Source: Guillardia theta CCMP2712
Taxonomy: Eukaryota; Protista; Cryptophyta
DNA: 64,000 bases
Assembly (NCBI RefSeq): GCF_000315625.1
Contig: NW_005434653.1
Span: forward strand, 785,343 to 849,342
Reading direction: 5' to 3'
Of this stretch, positions 38,086-51,262 are shown one piece after another (position 1 is the first letter of the stretch; each line of letters begins with the position of its first letter). The position numbers and the translations under genes are program-made. The notes beneath the pieces are model-generated. The model saw only the letters and a program-made list of their open reading frames with translations. It had not been told where the DNA came from and did not search any database.

Positions 38086-40627
38086 TCAAAGATGATGATA
38101 GTCGGAAATCACCTGATTTCGTGTCAAGTTTCCTTTGTCTCTTCTTCTTTGTCCGTTTTCGTCTTACTACTCCCTCCTACTCCCTCCCTCTCTTTTCTCC
38201 AGGTTTTCCATCATCTTCATCTCACTGCCTTCCCCTCAATGTCGAGCTCGTTTTCTCTCTGCCCTCTTCACCTCTTGATCCTCAATCACGTCTTCATCTT
38301 ATGCTTCTCTCCTCGCGCCTCTTCTTGGCTTCACCTGCTCTAGCCCCGCCATCGCCTCGTCCACGTCTTCCTCGCTCGTCCCGTACCTCTCGTACCTGCC
38401 GAGACCTTCAGAGCAAAGCAAGTCGGCAGCTAGCTAGACGTAGCGGTAGGGGTAGCAGAAGCGGTAGGGGTAGGGGTTCGCTCACTGGTGCAGGAACGCT
38501 CGTGCTGTTCGCAGCGCCGCGGTCCGCTCGAGCAGCTTATCCAGCAGCTTGGCCTGGGACCTTCACAATCGTGAGCATGACAGGAGGAGCAGGAGGTCGC
38601 TGACTGGCAGTTTGCGAGGATGCAGCTGCTGCGCTCGAGCCCCTTGAACTGCTGGGGGCTGCCGAGCACCTGTCCAACCTCAGCCTCGGTCGGTGTCCTC
38701 TTCCGCCTCCTCCTCCATTGTTACCTGCAGATTGTCACCCCGTTCACTCCAACCGGCATGAAGACAGTCCTTGAACCGCTTCGTCTCTGCCTCCTGCCTT
38801 TGCAAGAGTCAAGAAAGAGCCCACAGTTGACCCTCCTACCATCCTTCTCCTCGCAGAAGCAACATGGCCGCGATGGCTCTGTTGTACGATCCCGAGGAGG
38901 GCGACATGCTCCAGTCCAGCCCTTCGTCCATGTGCCAGCCCGTTAGCTGCATCTGTGCGATGATGAGCTCGAGCATGGGGGCGAGACGCGGGACCTGCGC
39001 GAGGGGATTGAGGACCGCTTCCCATCGCAGCTACTGCGACGGTCAGCCGCGTCACGACAGCGCCCGTGCGACCTTGGTGAAGGCGAGGGATCGCTTGGGG
39101 ATGTGGGGGAGGCAGCGGAGGGAAAGAAGCTTGTGGAGAGGAGAGGAGCAGAGCGACGAGAGCAACTCCGACATCTTATGCATGCTCAACATTCGGAGGG
39201 CACAAGAAGATTCACCTTGATTGCACGCTCAGGCTCTGTCTTCGCGAGCCTTGAGCGGACAGGAAAAAACAGCGACGCGAGCTGATCTGCCAAGACCTGT
39301 AGAAACATTACAAGAACTTTGTGTAATCCTCATCCCCATGCGATTCCCTCCCAGCCCACGCTACATCCTCGTCGTCGTCGCAAACCAACCTGGTTGAGGT
39401 GACTGAGGGATGGCCGAGGAACTCCGAGGAGCTTCGAGCAGATGTCATGCGCCTCGTCTGCCAAGCAATGAGAGGACGAGGAGGACCAGGACCAGACGAC
39501 CGTTATGCAAGCAGAGGATGCCGTCCGAGGAGTCGAGGAGATGTGACAGTGAGAGAGTCGAGTTGTACGCCTGGACCACCACGTCGCCGCTGCTGTATGG
39601 CCAGACGACTGGGAGGCCCTCAGAGTCATCAGCCGCAAGCCTCGGCTGACCTGCATGCAGTTGGAAGCGAGCTGGGTACTCGTCTCTCAGCAGCTCGGAG
39701 CACAAGGAGCCCAACCCTGATCCAGTCCCACCTAGGATCGATAAGAGCGAAGGCCCATGAGTAGAGGACGTAAAGTTACCAGCCAAGCTCTGCAGGAAGA
39801 AGAAAGAGTCCAGACAGTCGCAGTTTTCAACTTCCTTGCGCACACTCTCTAGCACACATTCTCCCATCGCGTCTCCTGCTTCAATTCACCACCTTTACAG
39901 TTGTCATCATGTCCAAGACCCTGCTGCTTGTAGCCGTACGCCCAGTTGTTTGCCGACCCGCTTGAACCAACTTTGTTCCAAGACTTGACGATCGCTTCAT
40001 CGAGTTCAGGATACAACCAGCTCCTGCCATCCCACAGTACACTCAACTTCCATTCACAAGCAGCTGATAACGAGGTGAAGAAATCATTACTTGCTTCTGG
40101 CAGGAGCAAGCGACGTTTGGCATATCTGTGCGAAGCTGTTGGCGGCATGGAAGGAGAACAAGGTCTTACCTCGGATACAACCCGAGGCTCAGCGTCCACC
40201 AACACAGCTCGACATCTGCTTCTCTTCCTGTCCCTGCTATCCGCACGTTAACTAGGCAGCAGCGAAATCGACGGACCGTCTAGATATCTCCCGGAAGAAG
40301 TTGGGGTGGGAGATCCAGAGGGGATCAGAGCCCTGGGCTTACTGTCAGCTTCTCTCGTCCTCAAGGAGCCTTCACGCACGTGCTCCTCGCTCCCTAAAGC
40401 CGAAAAGAATTGCTCGCCGAGCTGATTGCCGCATTGACCGATCTATCATGCACATATGTCATACCTCGTGACATGTTTCTATCTTACTCATCCTTCATAA
40501 CTGTGTCTGTGCACTTGACCTTCCTGCTTCTGTCTCCTACCTCCAGCTTCTCCTGCATCCTATCTCTCTCTCCTCCTTCTCCCCTTGGCCTTCTCCTTAC
40601 CTGCACTGTGACATGGCTGCCTCCCAT
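38086..40627 (-). CDS. TUBD1: Delta-tubulin, multi-exon
   Basis: MGGSHVTVQ|IGQCGNQLG; AVLVDAEPRVV; NNWAYGY; GGTGSGLGS; VWPYSSGDVVVQAYNSTLSLSHL; C-terminal RAFLHQ|YERYG..EQ|VISDYHHL*. Confidence 0.9.
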
Positions 40628-41817
40628 TCTGTCGGAACCCGGGTGCCTACCACCCACTCACCGAAGTTAAGGTGCGGCGGCGGCCGGGCCGGGCCGGGCA
40701 CACTCCGGGCCGCGCTGTCGGCCTCGGAGTCGGAGTCACGGCGGTCCCATCCGCCGTGACTCGTGAGTCCCGGGCCGGACAATGTGCAGTGCAAATGAGT
40801 CGGCACCCGGTGCATGACTCTGTGACGGTGGCACATCATTGTCGGAGGCCCTGCACCCGCCGCGGGACGGTTGCCACGGTACCGTCATGACTTTACTCAA
40901 CTTTAAGTTACTACTTCGTACCGTAGTACGGTACGGTCCGATCGGATCGGCTTGGGCCCGGCCGCAAGTTCAACGGTCGCCGGATCAGCGGACTGCCGGG
41001 TGACGTCGCAGTATGATGCCAGGCGGAGGCTTTTGAAGTTCATGAGTCACATTGAGCCACTGAGCTCGTGAAAGTTATCAGTCACAGTGGCAAGTTAAAA
41101 AATCAGTTCCGAAGGTTGACATCGAAACTGCCCACGATCGGGTTCGAACTTTGGCGACTAAGCAACAATGGAGATTTGAACTGATCAAAAAGGTTGGGGT
41201 GATATACACCTTGACCAGCCGCCGAGTTAACAGACAGGTAGAAATAGAGTATATATACCCAAAAACAAAATGATGATGGTCACCTTCTGAAGGGCTTCTA
41301 AAAGCTGACGCGTGAGCTGTGACCGCTGAGAAGAATGACGAAGGAGCTGAAGCGGGAGATTAAACCGCACAGGTGCGAGGAAAGAAAGTTGTATCAATTG
41401 TATCAATGCGAACATACGGATAGAGGCAATGTCACAAACAATATAGAGATTCGCAAACATTTCAGAAAAAAATTAGAGGGATCAAAAGAGAGGCCAAAAA
41501 ATTTCCGTTCAAATTTTATACTGATGGACTGCTTTTCAGGTGTAACCCGCATCTAGATGCAGTCTTAGCTGGTTTTTTTGCAGGTGATAGCCTCTGATAT
41601 GTAAAAATCACCTTATTCTGTCCTCATTCTCTTTCATAGGACCGTCACATATTGCGGTGTGCTCCCTTCCTCTGTCTATTTTCTTTTGATCTATCGAACC
41701 TTCAGACCCCAATCAAAGTTTTCTTTCAGTGTTTGCGAACTGAACCCGGCAATGAACCACCAGTACCTCAGACGCCCAAGAAGTAATTGGTTGCGAGAAG
41801 CACATCTTTCTCTCAGA

Positions 41818-42694
41818 ATGCCGTTGTTTTCCTTGACAAATATTCTTGTGCTGTTCATAGTATTGGCGCTTTACAACATTGTCTTCGTTGAGTGCTTCGC
41901 AGTTTCTTGCGTGAATTCACCTTTGTTTGTGAAATGGATTCCACGTCAGAAACGGAATTCAAATAACGCCGGTTCCTCATTGTCTATGTACAACATGCCG
42001 ACTAGATTTTCGTTTCGAAGATGCAGGATTCAAGCTTCGTCTTGGAACATGGAAATCACTCCACAAGCTTCCGAAACTATGTTTGCAACAGTTGGTGGAG
42101 GATGCTTTTGGTGTACAGAGGCTGTTTTCTTACGAGCCAAAGGCGTCATTCGAGTTCGCAGTGGGTATGCTGGAGGGAAAACAAAGAACCCAAGCTATCG
42201 ACAAGTTGTATCAGGCAAGACCGGACACGCAGAGGTTGTGCGAATTGAGTATGATCCCACAATGATATCTCTCAGAGATATATTCGATCTTCACTTGCTT
42301 TCACATGACCCCACCCAGAAGGACAGGCAAGGTGCTGATATAGGCTCACAATATAGATCTATTATCTTTTATGAAACCGAGGAAGAAAGGAATGTTGCAC
42401 TTGAAGCGATTCAGCAGGCACAGAACAAGTTCAATTCGCAAAAACTCTTCGGTATTTTCCCCCGTCGAGCAGAGATAATGACTGAAGTGAAGAAACTTGA
42501 CGAATTCTTCGAAGCAGAAACTTATCATCAAGACTACTACAATAAGAATCCGAACCAACCATACTCTATCATCAATATTGTGCCCAAGCTCCAATCATTC
42601 GAGGTGAGTAAACTTTGTGCCATTCGGAGGCTTTTAAGAAGCATGGCAGGTTCGCCAAGCCCTAGGAAGGCTCGAATCTCGGGATGGAATGTGA
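41818..42694 (+). CDS. msrA: Peptide methionine sulfoxide reductase MsrA with putative bipartite plastid-targeting presequence
   Basis: GGGCFWCTEAVF, SGYAGG, TGHAEVV, HDPTQ..RQGADIGSQYRS, AETYHQDY; likely intron after 42603. Confidence 0.93.
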
Positions 42695-45600
42695 TTTTTC
42701 TCTTTTATCTCATCAGTGCAAGAGCAAGATTTGCAAAAATAATATGAAGTGACGTACAATAGGCCAAATACATTCACAAATTTTTCAACTAGGCGTAGAG
42801 CCCAGGATATCTTACACTGGCCTGTCCGAATGATGCACCATAACCCAAGCCTGTGAGGAGAATCTTCATGCCATAGTTTCATGGTCAATCAGTTCACCTC
42901 TTTGTCCTGCCATCGCACTCAAAGAACAATCAGGATCATCGTGGGAGGATGTTGGATTCAAATTTGGGTCCCAACCCGGAAGAGGATTCTGAAAATTCAG
43001 TTAAAGTGAAGCACAAAGGAATTTAATCCAGGCTCACGCATATTCCATCAGAGTCCGATAACACTTGTGTTTTCTGAACAAGAATTCGTCATTGGAGATG
43101 AAGGTAACCTCGAACAGACAAAACAATGAACTTTCTGCTTTGTTAATGATGCCAACAAGCACAAGCATGGATATTCCTTGAAAGAATTCTTGAGTCTAAG
43201 CCCTGGAACTGTGTTCTCCTTCTGATCGCTAAGAGCGCCTGCTGGCTCACCTGCTGCAGATCTTGCCATTGTCTCAACAGTGCGAACATGACGCCTCTGA
43301 AAGCGAGTTCAACAATTCTTTTTATCAATATCAGTTTGTACCGATAAATTCAATAACTACATTCAATATAGATTCTTGAGTGAACATCTGTACCATATGT
43401 TACAAAATATAGTTTTATTTCTAATTATCAATTTATAATGAATGTTCCCGAAATAAGCTGCCGTACGGCTGACCCTGACTGACGGATCATAATTCCGAAG
43501 CCTACCGGGTCCAGTCAGGGTGATAAATGACCTTCGCACCTAGCGAGGCCATTGCCAGTACCAGTGACGAACGTTATTGAATTATTTTTAACTTAACTTT
43601 GAGTAAACGATTGAATTGACTGGACTCTTGGGGTGCCCGAGGCGAGCTTGTCAGTCCTCCCGAGTCCGAGGCCGCCCGGAGCCCGGCCCGCCGCCGGAAG
43701 GCAGTTTCACATTGAAGTTGAACGCCGCCGGGCCGCTCCGACGAAGTTGCCAGTGCGGATCGTATGCCAGCCGTTTTGTTAGGCTCGGGGCTTGTCACTG
43801 CCTGGGCCGCCCGGCAAAGAACCGGCCCGGCCGCCCCCCCGCGGCCCGCCGCTCAAGCGGCTCTGACCGTGGCCGTCGTGGTCACCGTACTAGAATTGCA
43901 TGAATTTTCAACAGTAACGAAAACAATACCAAGAAAGAAAAAACTCCAGTAAACAATTCAACTAACCAAACGGGAGGATAAGATCAACATCATGATTTCA
44001 ATTGAGCATGTAATCGAGGCTCATAACCGACGGAATACAAGTTTGTTGATCATTTGTTAGACTTGTACTAGTCCAAAGTCACGCAGACATCACATCGACC
44101 TTAGTTGTAACAAGACAGTTTTTGCTCAAGACCGAGTTTAATGCACACAAAACCAGAATTGACTGGCAGTGAGCCTCGAGCACAGTGAGAGATAGCCTCG
44201 GACGGGTGCCCGTGTATGCCGCGCCTAGGATGTGAACTTCGGAAACCCATGCATCCAGACATGAGAGGACCTTAGCAAGACGGCTAGGAAAGCCCCCTCT
44301 TCGAGTCTGAGTCCGAAGCACTGAATACCAGTTCATCATCATCGGATTGCAGTGCCCTTGGCAATGATAGTTTTCGCTCAGGCCGTCATTTCCGACGGCC
44401 CATGTTACATCGTTCAACGGTTACAAGTAAAAGTTCACGCCGGGTTCGGAATCATTGGAGTACCGTAGTGTTGAAGTTCCCAGTAACCTTCTCTCCACAG
44501 CCTGTGACACAGTGGCAATGACACCCGAAGTAGACAGTGATAGCACCGACTGCAAGTTTCTGTAGCAGTGGTAATAGATATCACGAATGGCCGCGCAGGA
44601 AAGATATCAGGATACAGAGAACAAACGGAGGTGATAAGAGATTGGTATAGATGGTCAAGCTTGTTTACTTCAAGCAATCCGATCTCACAGAGACCATACA
44701 CCTCGTTCTCCTTTCCCTGTCCTGCCAATGCGTGCGGCCCTTCTTCCTCTTCCTCGGTCCCTAAAATAGGGACTGCTTGGTCCTAGGAACTACGACTACC
44801 GGTACTCTACGCTTCTTATCTGCGATATGATTCTTCGACCGGTCCGAGGCCTGGTTCCGTACCTTGAGGGTTCCCTAAGAAAGAGTCATAGGCTTGACAT
44901 GACGAGGTCTTCGATTCTCATCCAACGCTCTCTGTGAAGTTGATGTAGCTGCTCCCTTGACCTTGACAGGTCCTGTGTCTCCGTAGGAGCATGCTTGGAG
45001 GTGGTCTCGTGCATTCCTTGTAAGTCCTCCGCTAAGATGATCATGATAGTACTGTCTTCTTTGATCAGACCCCTTGTTCTCCCATGTCCATGACTTCAGG
45101 GGTGATGCTTCCAATCTCCCTTTGAGCGTAGCCATATCCTGCCACCGTGACGGTGTCATCTGCTGTCCTGTCGTGGACTGATATAAGCTGACTCGCTTAT
45201 CTCCTGCTGCCATCCACGATTCCTAAGTTCTTGCTGTCTTCTTCATGATTCTCCTACGTCGTCCTTATTGTAGCTGTTGCTGTCCTCTCCAGGGACGCAT
45301 TCCGAGGCTCTAAGCATCTGTGCACTTGAGCCACGTCGATTACTTGGCATTGTCTGAGGTGAAGCTTCCTCCTATCAGGTGCTTCAACACCCTCCCTTGG
45401 CTCTTGTGTGCCGATGCCAGCATTGTTACTTTGCCGCGCCTCCATTGACGGTGTCAGGCTTGTCAAATTTGACTATGCCTTTTCAAACGACCTGCTGCGG
45501 TTGACTCTTCGCGCGTCGTCGCCGCCGTATTCCCTCCCTTGCCTAGAGTAGGCGGGAGCTGTTGCTTGACAGCAAGTTGGGATCATGCTTGGTCTCTGGT

Positions 45601-47220
45601 CGTCTGCCTTGAAGCTGTATGGTCTTGCTCATCAGACCCGATATTCCTCTTTCCATAAGCGATCAGCCTCTTGACTTGACTTTCGCAGTAGGGCTGTGCA
45701 TGGTACTGAAAGGTTCTCCTCAGCGCCCATCAGCACTGATGTGCCTGGCGACTTGGGACCTCCTTCATTTCTGCAGCATCATTTCATAACTTCGATCGAA
45801 GGTATGTCTTCATCGTCTGCTTCTTCGTCTTGCGAAGGCTTGGCGCTTCAAGCTGCCTTTCATTTCTTCAACTCTACTGTAGAGTTGGTTTGTGTCATCA
45901 TATCGCCATCGTGAGATCGTGGCATGCAATGAGGCTTCAATGGGACGTCTCCCTTCCTCGGTCTTCACAACCTTCAAGCTTTCATCTGCCGTGCTCTAGG
46001 CTTGCCGCTTCAATCATCGCGGTGCTTGACCAGTGGAATCATGAGGTAATTCCTCTCCTCACTGTTGGCCACGTACAGGCTTTGAGGTTGGATTGAAAAC
46101 AGCTCTTGTCACTTTTGACATTCAGAGCGACTTTGATCAGGACTGATCCCTCCATCATCGAGATTTTCTCGCTGTCATGTCACCCCTCAGCTTCTTTGCC
46201 AGCTATCTGGTGGCCTCGTCGTCATCTTGTGCGACTCCTGGCTCTGCTTGGGGGATCCCTGTGACTCGTCCATGTCACATGACATAGGGATGATGCGAGG
46301 CTCGATGATCGGACTTACGGTAGGCCGCTCCGGGCGGCCGCCCACCGCCCGGTCCGGCGCCGGGCCCGGGGTCCGACTGTCCCGGAGTCCGACGGTCACT
46401 CAGTGATCGGACTAGTACGGTACCACTGAGACTCTCTTTTTTACTCAAAGACTGAGACGGTGACGGTTGCAAAGTTGCGACTAGTGACCCTCAATTCATC
46501 GAGCACCGGCGGTACCAACCCGACTGAGTCACTAGGGTCACACTAGGGTAGGGTAGGGTAGGGTCACGTGGGGTGGGTACGGAACTCGGAAGGGTAGCCA
46601 CGGGGTATTGTTGGGTGGGGTACAGGAGCGCCCCTCAGCTATCTCCGGCCACCCACCCCTGTGACATTCCGGAAATGCAATTCAATGATGGGGAATCACT
46701 ATTCCCGGTCCCTCTTTCCACCACCCTACCTGGAACCCAAAATTGAAGAATTGTTGCAGCTAATTTTCCTACAAAGTAATCACTCACCATACAATGCTGT
46801 ATTGTTTTTAAAATAAGATCACCCACCCCACATTACTTTGAACCCCCCTCCCCCGTTTAACATTAACCCGGCGTCGACCACCTACCCACCCATCTCTTGC
46901 GGTTGAATTCCGCCGTCAGTGGAAATGCCGGTGAGCAAGCGAAAGAACATGCCACACTCAACGAGCACTTGACAGACCTTGACCAACCACAACCCTTGAA
47001 TCATACCCCCTTGCTGCTCCTGCTCCTGCTCAGAAGTTTCTTCTGATCCTCCCGCTCATGCTCATCTTCCTCAGTCAACCTTCCTTACCCGAGAAATCAC
47101 AGAGCAGTCAAAACGTTGCGTGTGAGATGCAACAAATGGAGTGCAGGTAGCAGAAGTAGCCGATTTAGGGCACGGGTTGAAACCAGCAAAAAATTGAGCG
47201 CAATGACCAACATATGACAT

Positions 47221-48009
47221 ATGATGCAGGCGCAGAAATCGAAGCATCCTGCTGATTGGGATGTTTGGTGGATCTGCAACATTGCAATAGATGGGTTTGG
47301 GATTGCTCCCTATAGCTCTTGGGAATCGTCAGGAGAGGGACAAAAGCAAATATGCAAGCTGGACGACAAGTGCTGCTGCATCCAGCACACGGGCTTCAAC
47401 GAGCTCGGGGGTCTGAGAGGACCTGATGGGCTATGCCTGAGCAGCGAGTACAAATGTTGTTGCCAGTATAATTCCTGCAAATGCTCCTGCGTGGGATGTC
47501 TGGACGAGAATGGAATCTGTCAAAGGCAGAATCAAGAGTGCTACTTGAAGCTTGATGAGAAGAAGTGTGGAGGACGAGGTGACAGCAAATGCCTTTGTGT
47601 CAAACAGTCGTACGACAATCGACTCGAGGGATTGTGCGACGAGTCGATGAATTTCTACAAGAATGCATGCCGATGCTGCTGTCTCATCGGTGAGGACAGC
47701 GCTAAGGTCACGGACTTGCAGGGTGAGGCGGGCTTCGTCGCAGTCGACTCAAGGGTCCTCTGCCTAATCTCGACTTGCAACATCATCCCCCAGAAGATCT
47801 TCATCGAGTGCTGCGGTGTTCGCTTGTTCGGCCCGTCCAAAGTCAAAGGTGGGGATTTCAGCTCGTCAGCAGCCCCCCCGGTGACTGTGCAGGACGGAGG
47901 TTCAAAGTTTGGAAGCGTGTGCGACGATGGTGAGCTATCATGGTGTGTTGTTTGCAATTGTGACATACTCAAGCAGAGCTGGGAGACTCGACGATCCCGT
48001 GCGCTTTGA
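47221..48009 (+). CDS. Cysteine-rich protein
   Basis: 262-aa ORF with repeated K/RCCC and KCLC motifs. Confidence 0.6.
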   Translation: MMQAQKSKHPADWDVWWICNIAIDGFGIAPYSSWESSGEGQKQICKLDDKCCCIQHTGFNELGGLRGPDGLCLSSEYKCCCQYNSCKCSCVGCLDENGICQRQNQECYLKLDEKKCGGRGDSKCLCVKQSYDNRLEGLCDESMNFYKNACRCCCLIGEDSAKVTDLQGEAGFVAVDSRVLCLISTCNIIPQKIFIECCGVRLFGPSKVKGGDFSSSAAPPVTVQDGGSKFGSVCDDGELSWCVVCNCDILKQSWETRRSRAL

Positions 48010-48719
48010 AGATGTAAGCAGAGTGATTCGAGACCAGACGAAGAAATTCAATGGAGACAGATGAAAAGAAGGATGACATTTGCGATTTTATGAAGAAAAG
48101 ATAAGACTAGAAGTCCTGAAAATAAAGACTGAATGACGATTTTCAGCGTGAACCTCACAATCATCATACCTTTAGATGGTATCTTGCCTTGCAAGGTTGT
48201 TGTTTTGGATATCCTGTATCCTACTCTGTTTGTGACAAAGGCAGGCCTATGTAGCATATCTACAGAAACACAGACTGTGTAGTCTTGTTCTAACACATGC
48301 TTGCTAGAGTCTGTTCAAGTTTGTCTTGCTGTCATTCTTACATACGAAATCATTTGGTTATCGAACACGTTTATCTAGTCTAATCCCCTCTCTCACAGCA
48401 GCTCGTCGAGGTCAAAGTCTGGCGCCATCCATGACAGCGCGTGCAAGTCTCCCCCATCTGCTGCAAACGGTAAATTCAACGTCCTTTCTCTTCCCCCTCA
48501 ACGTTCAACATCCTCTTCATCTTTCTCTTTCCCCTTCGAAACAACCACCACCCCCTCATAACCTCTCCTCCCCTTCTCCGCAACCTCGCCTCTCCCTGAA
48601 CTCATATGATCTCTCGTCATACCCGTCGCTTGCTGATTCCATCCAAGCATCACCGCGTCATCCTTTGAGCATCATTAAGGCAAGCAGAGAGCGAGGTCGA
48701 GAGGGGCAGGAAGAACATA

Positions 48720-51262
48720 ATTTAGAGAAGCAGCAGGAGACCGTCAAGACAGACACCAACTAGTTTCGCAAGAGGGTTGGAAACAGTGGGGAAGTAAGCC
48801 ATTGTTGCATTCTCAGTGCAGGCGAGACAGAAAGTGAGCGAAAGGGAGTAAGAGAGGGAGCGAAATGTTTTGCAGTAACAGAGGTATGAGCACCTGCAAG
48901 GGCTTCCGTTTGCTGTCAGTGAGCAGATCCTCTTGGATTAGGCCAGGATTTCTCCCTGCGTCTCCCTTTCCCTCTGTAAGCGATCGAAGTTGCAGCTGCA
49001 AATTTTCGCAAAGTTGTCTTAAAGAAGCCATCTCGACATTGGTGGCTGAAGTTTTGTTCAACAACTCTTGCCTTTCCTTCATCAACGACCTTGAAGGAGC
49101 AATCAGGATAAGGATGACAAGAAAAAAGCATGAGACCTGCTCAGGGCCTTCAAGGAAGAGTTTTCTTCCTCAAGGGTTTGAATCTGATGTTGAAGACGTT
49201 CTTCATTGGACCTTGTCATACCCAATGAATATTTCACATAGTCCAACACGACTCGTCTTACCCGTCGTTCCTCTCTCCCGCCCTATCAGAGCTGTTGAAC
49301 GAACCTATAGGAAGCTCAGCAAGACTCCAGCTGTGAAAGAGCAAATGTACGAGCATTTGCCGCTCCGACAGACGGTCGTCTGCGAAACATCATCACACGA
49401 AGGCATCACTGCGCTGACAAGACAACCTCGGCTGGTGACTGAGATCGCCGTGACTATGATGCATCTCATCAACCCCGATGGAGTCATCTACACCATGATG
49501 TCATGCTCTTGAAATCGTCTTCTTCGCTTGTCCTCGGATCACTTACACAAGTCTGCAATGTCGATCGCTTCTGCTGGTGACGATGCAGTAGGGCTCCAAC
49601 CTCCCTATCATGAGGTCAACCGACACCTGAGAAGTTGCATCTTACTGCATCGTCATCTAGCCCCACAGTTCCATTCCCGCTAATCAGTGACTGCAATCAA
49701 ACCATCAACCATGCAAGTTTGACGAATACTCCACTCACTTCTCTCTGAGATTCAAGCTTTCGAATCTCGTCGTCAAGTTGCCCCTGCACGACAAAGTAAG
49801 ATGGCGAGGAGCCGCCAAGGTCATCGTACATGCCCATCTGTTGTGTATCTTTGTTCCGCTTTCAGCGATGCGATCTTCTTCTCTAAACTTCTCAGTTTCC
49901 TTGAGACATCCAGTCAGCCCCGCCAATCCCTCGTTGACATTTCACCTGTGCGGCCACTGCATCACCCCATACTTGCGACACAATTTCTTTAGCGCTGTCG
50001 TGCACATGCCATACTTCTTGGCAACCTTTTGAACGATGACTCAGCTTGCTCGAAACCAACGAGCAACAAAGAAAACACGAACAATTCAGCGAGTCAACGA
50101 GATAAAAGAACGAGTACAGGAGAGTTACAGTCAGGAGCGGACGTCAAGACACTAAGGTAATGAGACTGGAGAGGAAAAGCAGTGGAGACCTCATTCAAAG
50201 GCATATTGAAATGCTCTCTCAATTCTTTCTCGGTCAGCACCGGTGCTCTGCGCTTTCGATTACTATCAACAATCGAACACGCATGTCACCTTGCAACGTG
50301 CGGACCAACAGCAGGTGATAATGGTGACATCGTCTTCAGCATGTTCTCTTGCGACCTGATCCCAAAGTCACTGAATGGATGCGGTACGAATGAGATGAAC
50401 TTGACTCGTCGCATCGTTCCAGACTCTTCAAGCGACTCGTGAAGCTCGGAGAGGGAGAATGACCGTTTCATCTTTGCAATCTTGAATTCTGTCCGGTTCT
50501 TGTCGCGGTTCCGATTTCAAGCAAACAATCGAATTGGTTGTCAGCTGATGATTAGTTTCGGCAACTTAAACAAACGTTAATCGATTTGTATCTGTTGTTT
50601 CCTTGATGTTTTGATGCTTCGGCTTCGTCAAGATCGAAGTTCTATGTAATTTCAATCATTTTCTGAGCGACCATGCATTGGGCGATCCATTCTGAGAGAT
50701 AATCTCACTTGTTCCTGGCACAACATGTCAAAAAACTGCTGAGAAAAGTGAAATCTGCAAGATAAAAGGAGCCCTTGTCCTTTGTTTTTGTCCTTTGTTT
50801 TGTCACACCTTTGTTCTAAAGTGAATTCACACAGTCTTTCTCGCAGTATGAGCTGACTATTTTCATGTCCTGGACTGTTTCGATATATTTTTCTTGATTG
50901 TGCTTTGCCATGAAAGCAAAGCGTACGTTTTTTGTTTAGTTTCACTAGCTGAACAAAGGTTTAGGTTGAGATGAACAAAGGTATCCTCCTTTCCACATGA
51001 TCTACGTGAAAATGAGTTCACAACCCTGGACAGCATTGGTTCGATCATTCCTGTTTGTATCGGTTATCATCTATTCGGTTTCAATCAAGACCGAATCTCC
51101 TAACAGTCCTGCGGAACCCTGACTATGCTCTTCCTTGATAGGGAGCATAGTCCTCTCGCACAACTCTTGCTGATCTCCTACTCCATCCATCCTTGTGCTT
51201 TCTTTATCTCCATCCCGGGCACTTGCTCCTGCCAATTCCTCTCCCGAACTTTCCTGCTTCAT
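48720..51262 (-). CDS. RWP-RK domain transcription factor, multi-exon (3' end approximate)
   Basis: LTEKELREHFNMPLNE|VAKKYGMCTTALKKLCRKYGVMQWPH|RKLRSLEKKIASL across two introns (50240-49855). Confidence 0.85.
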
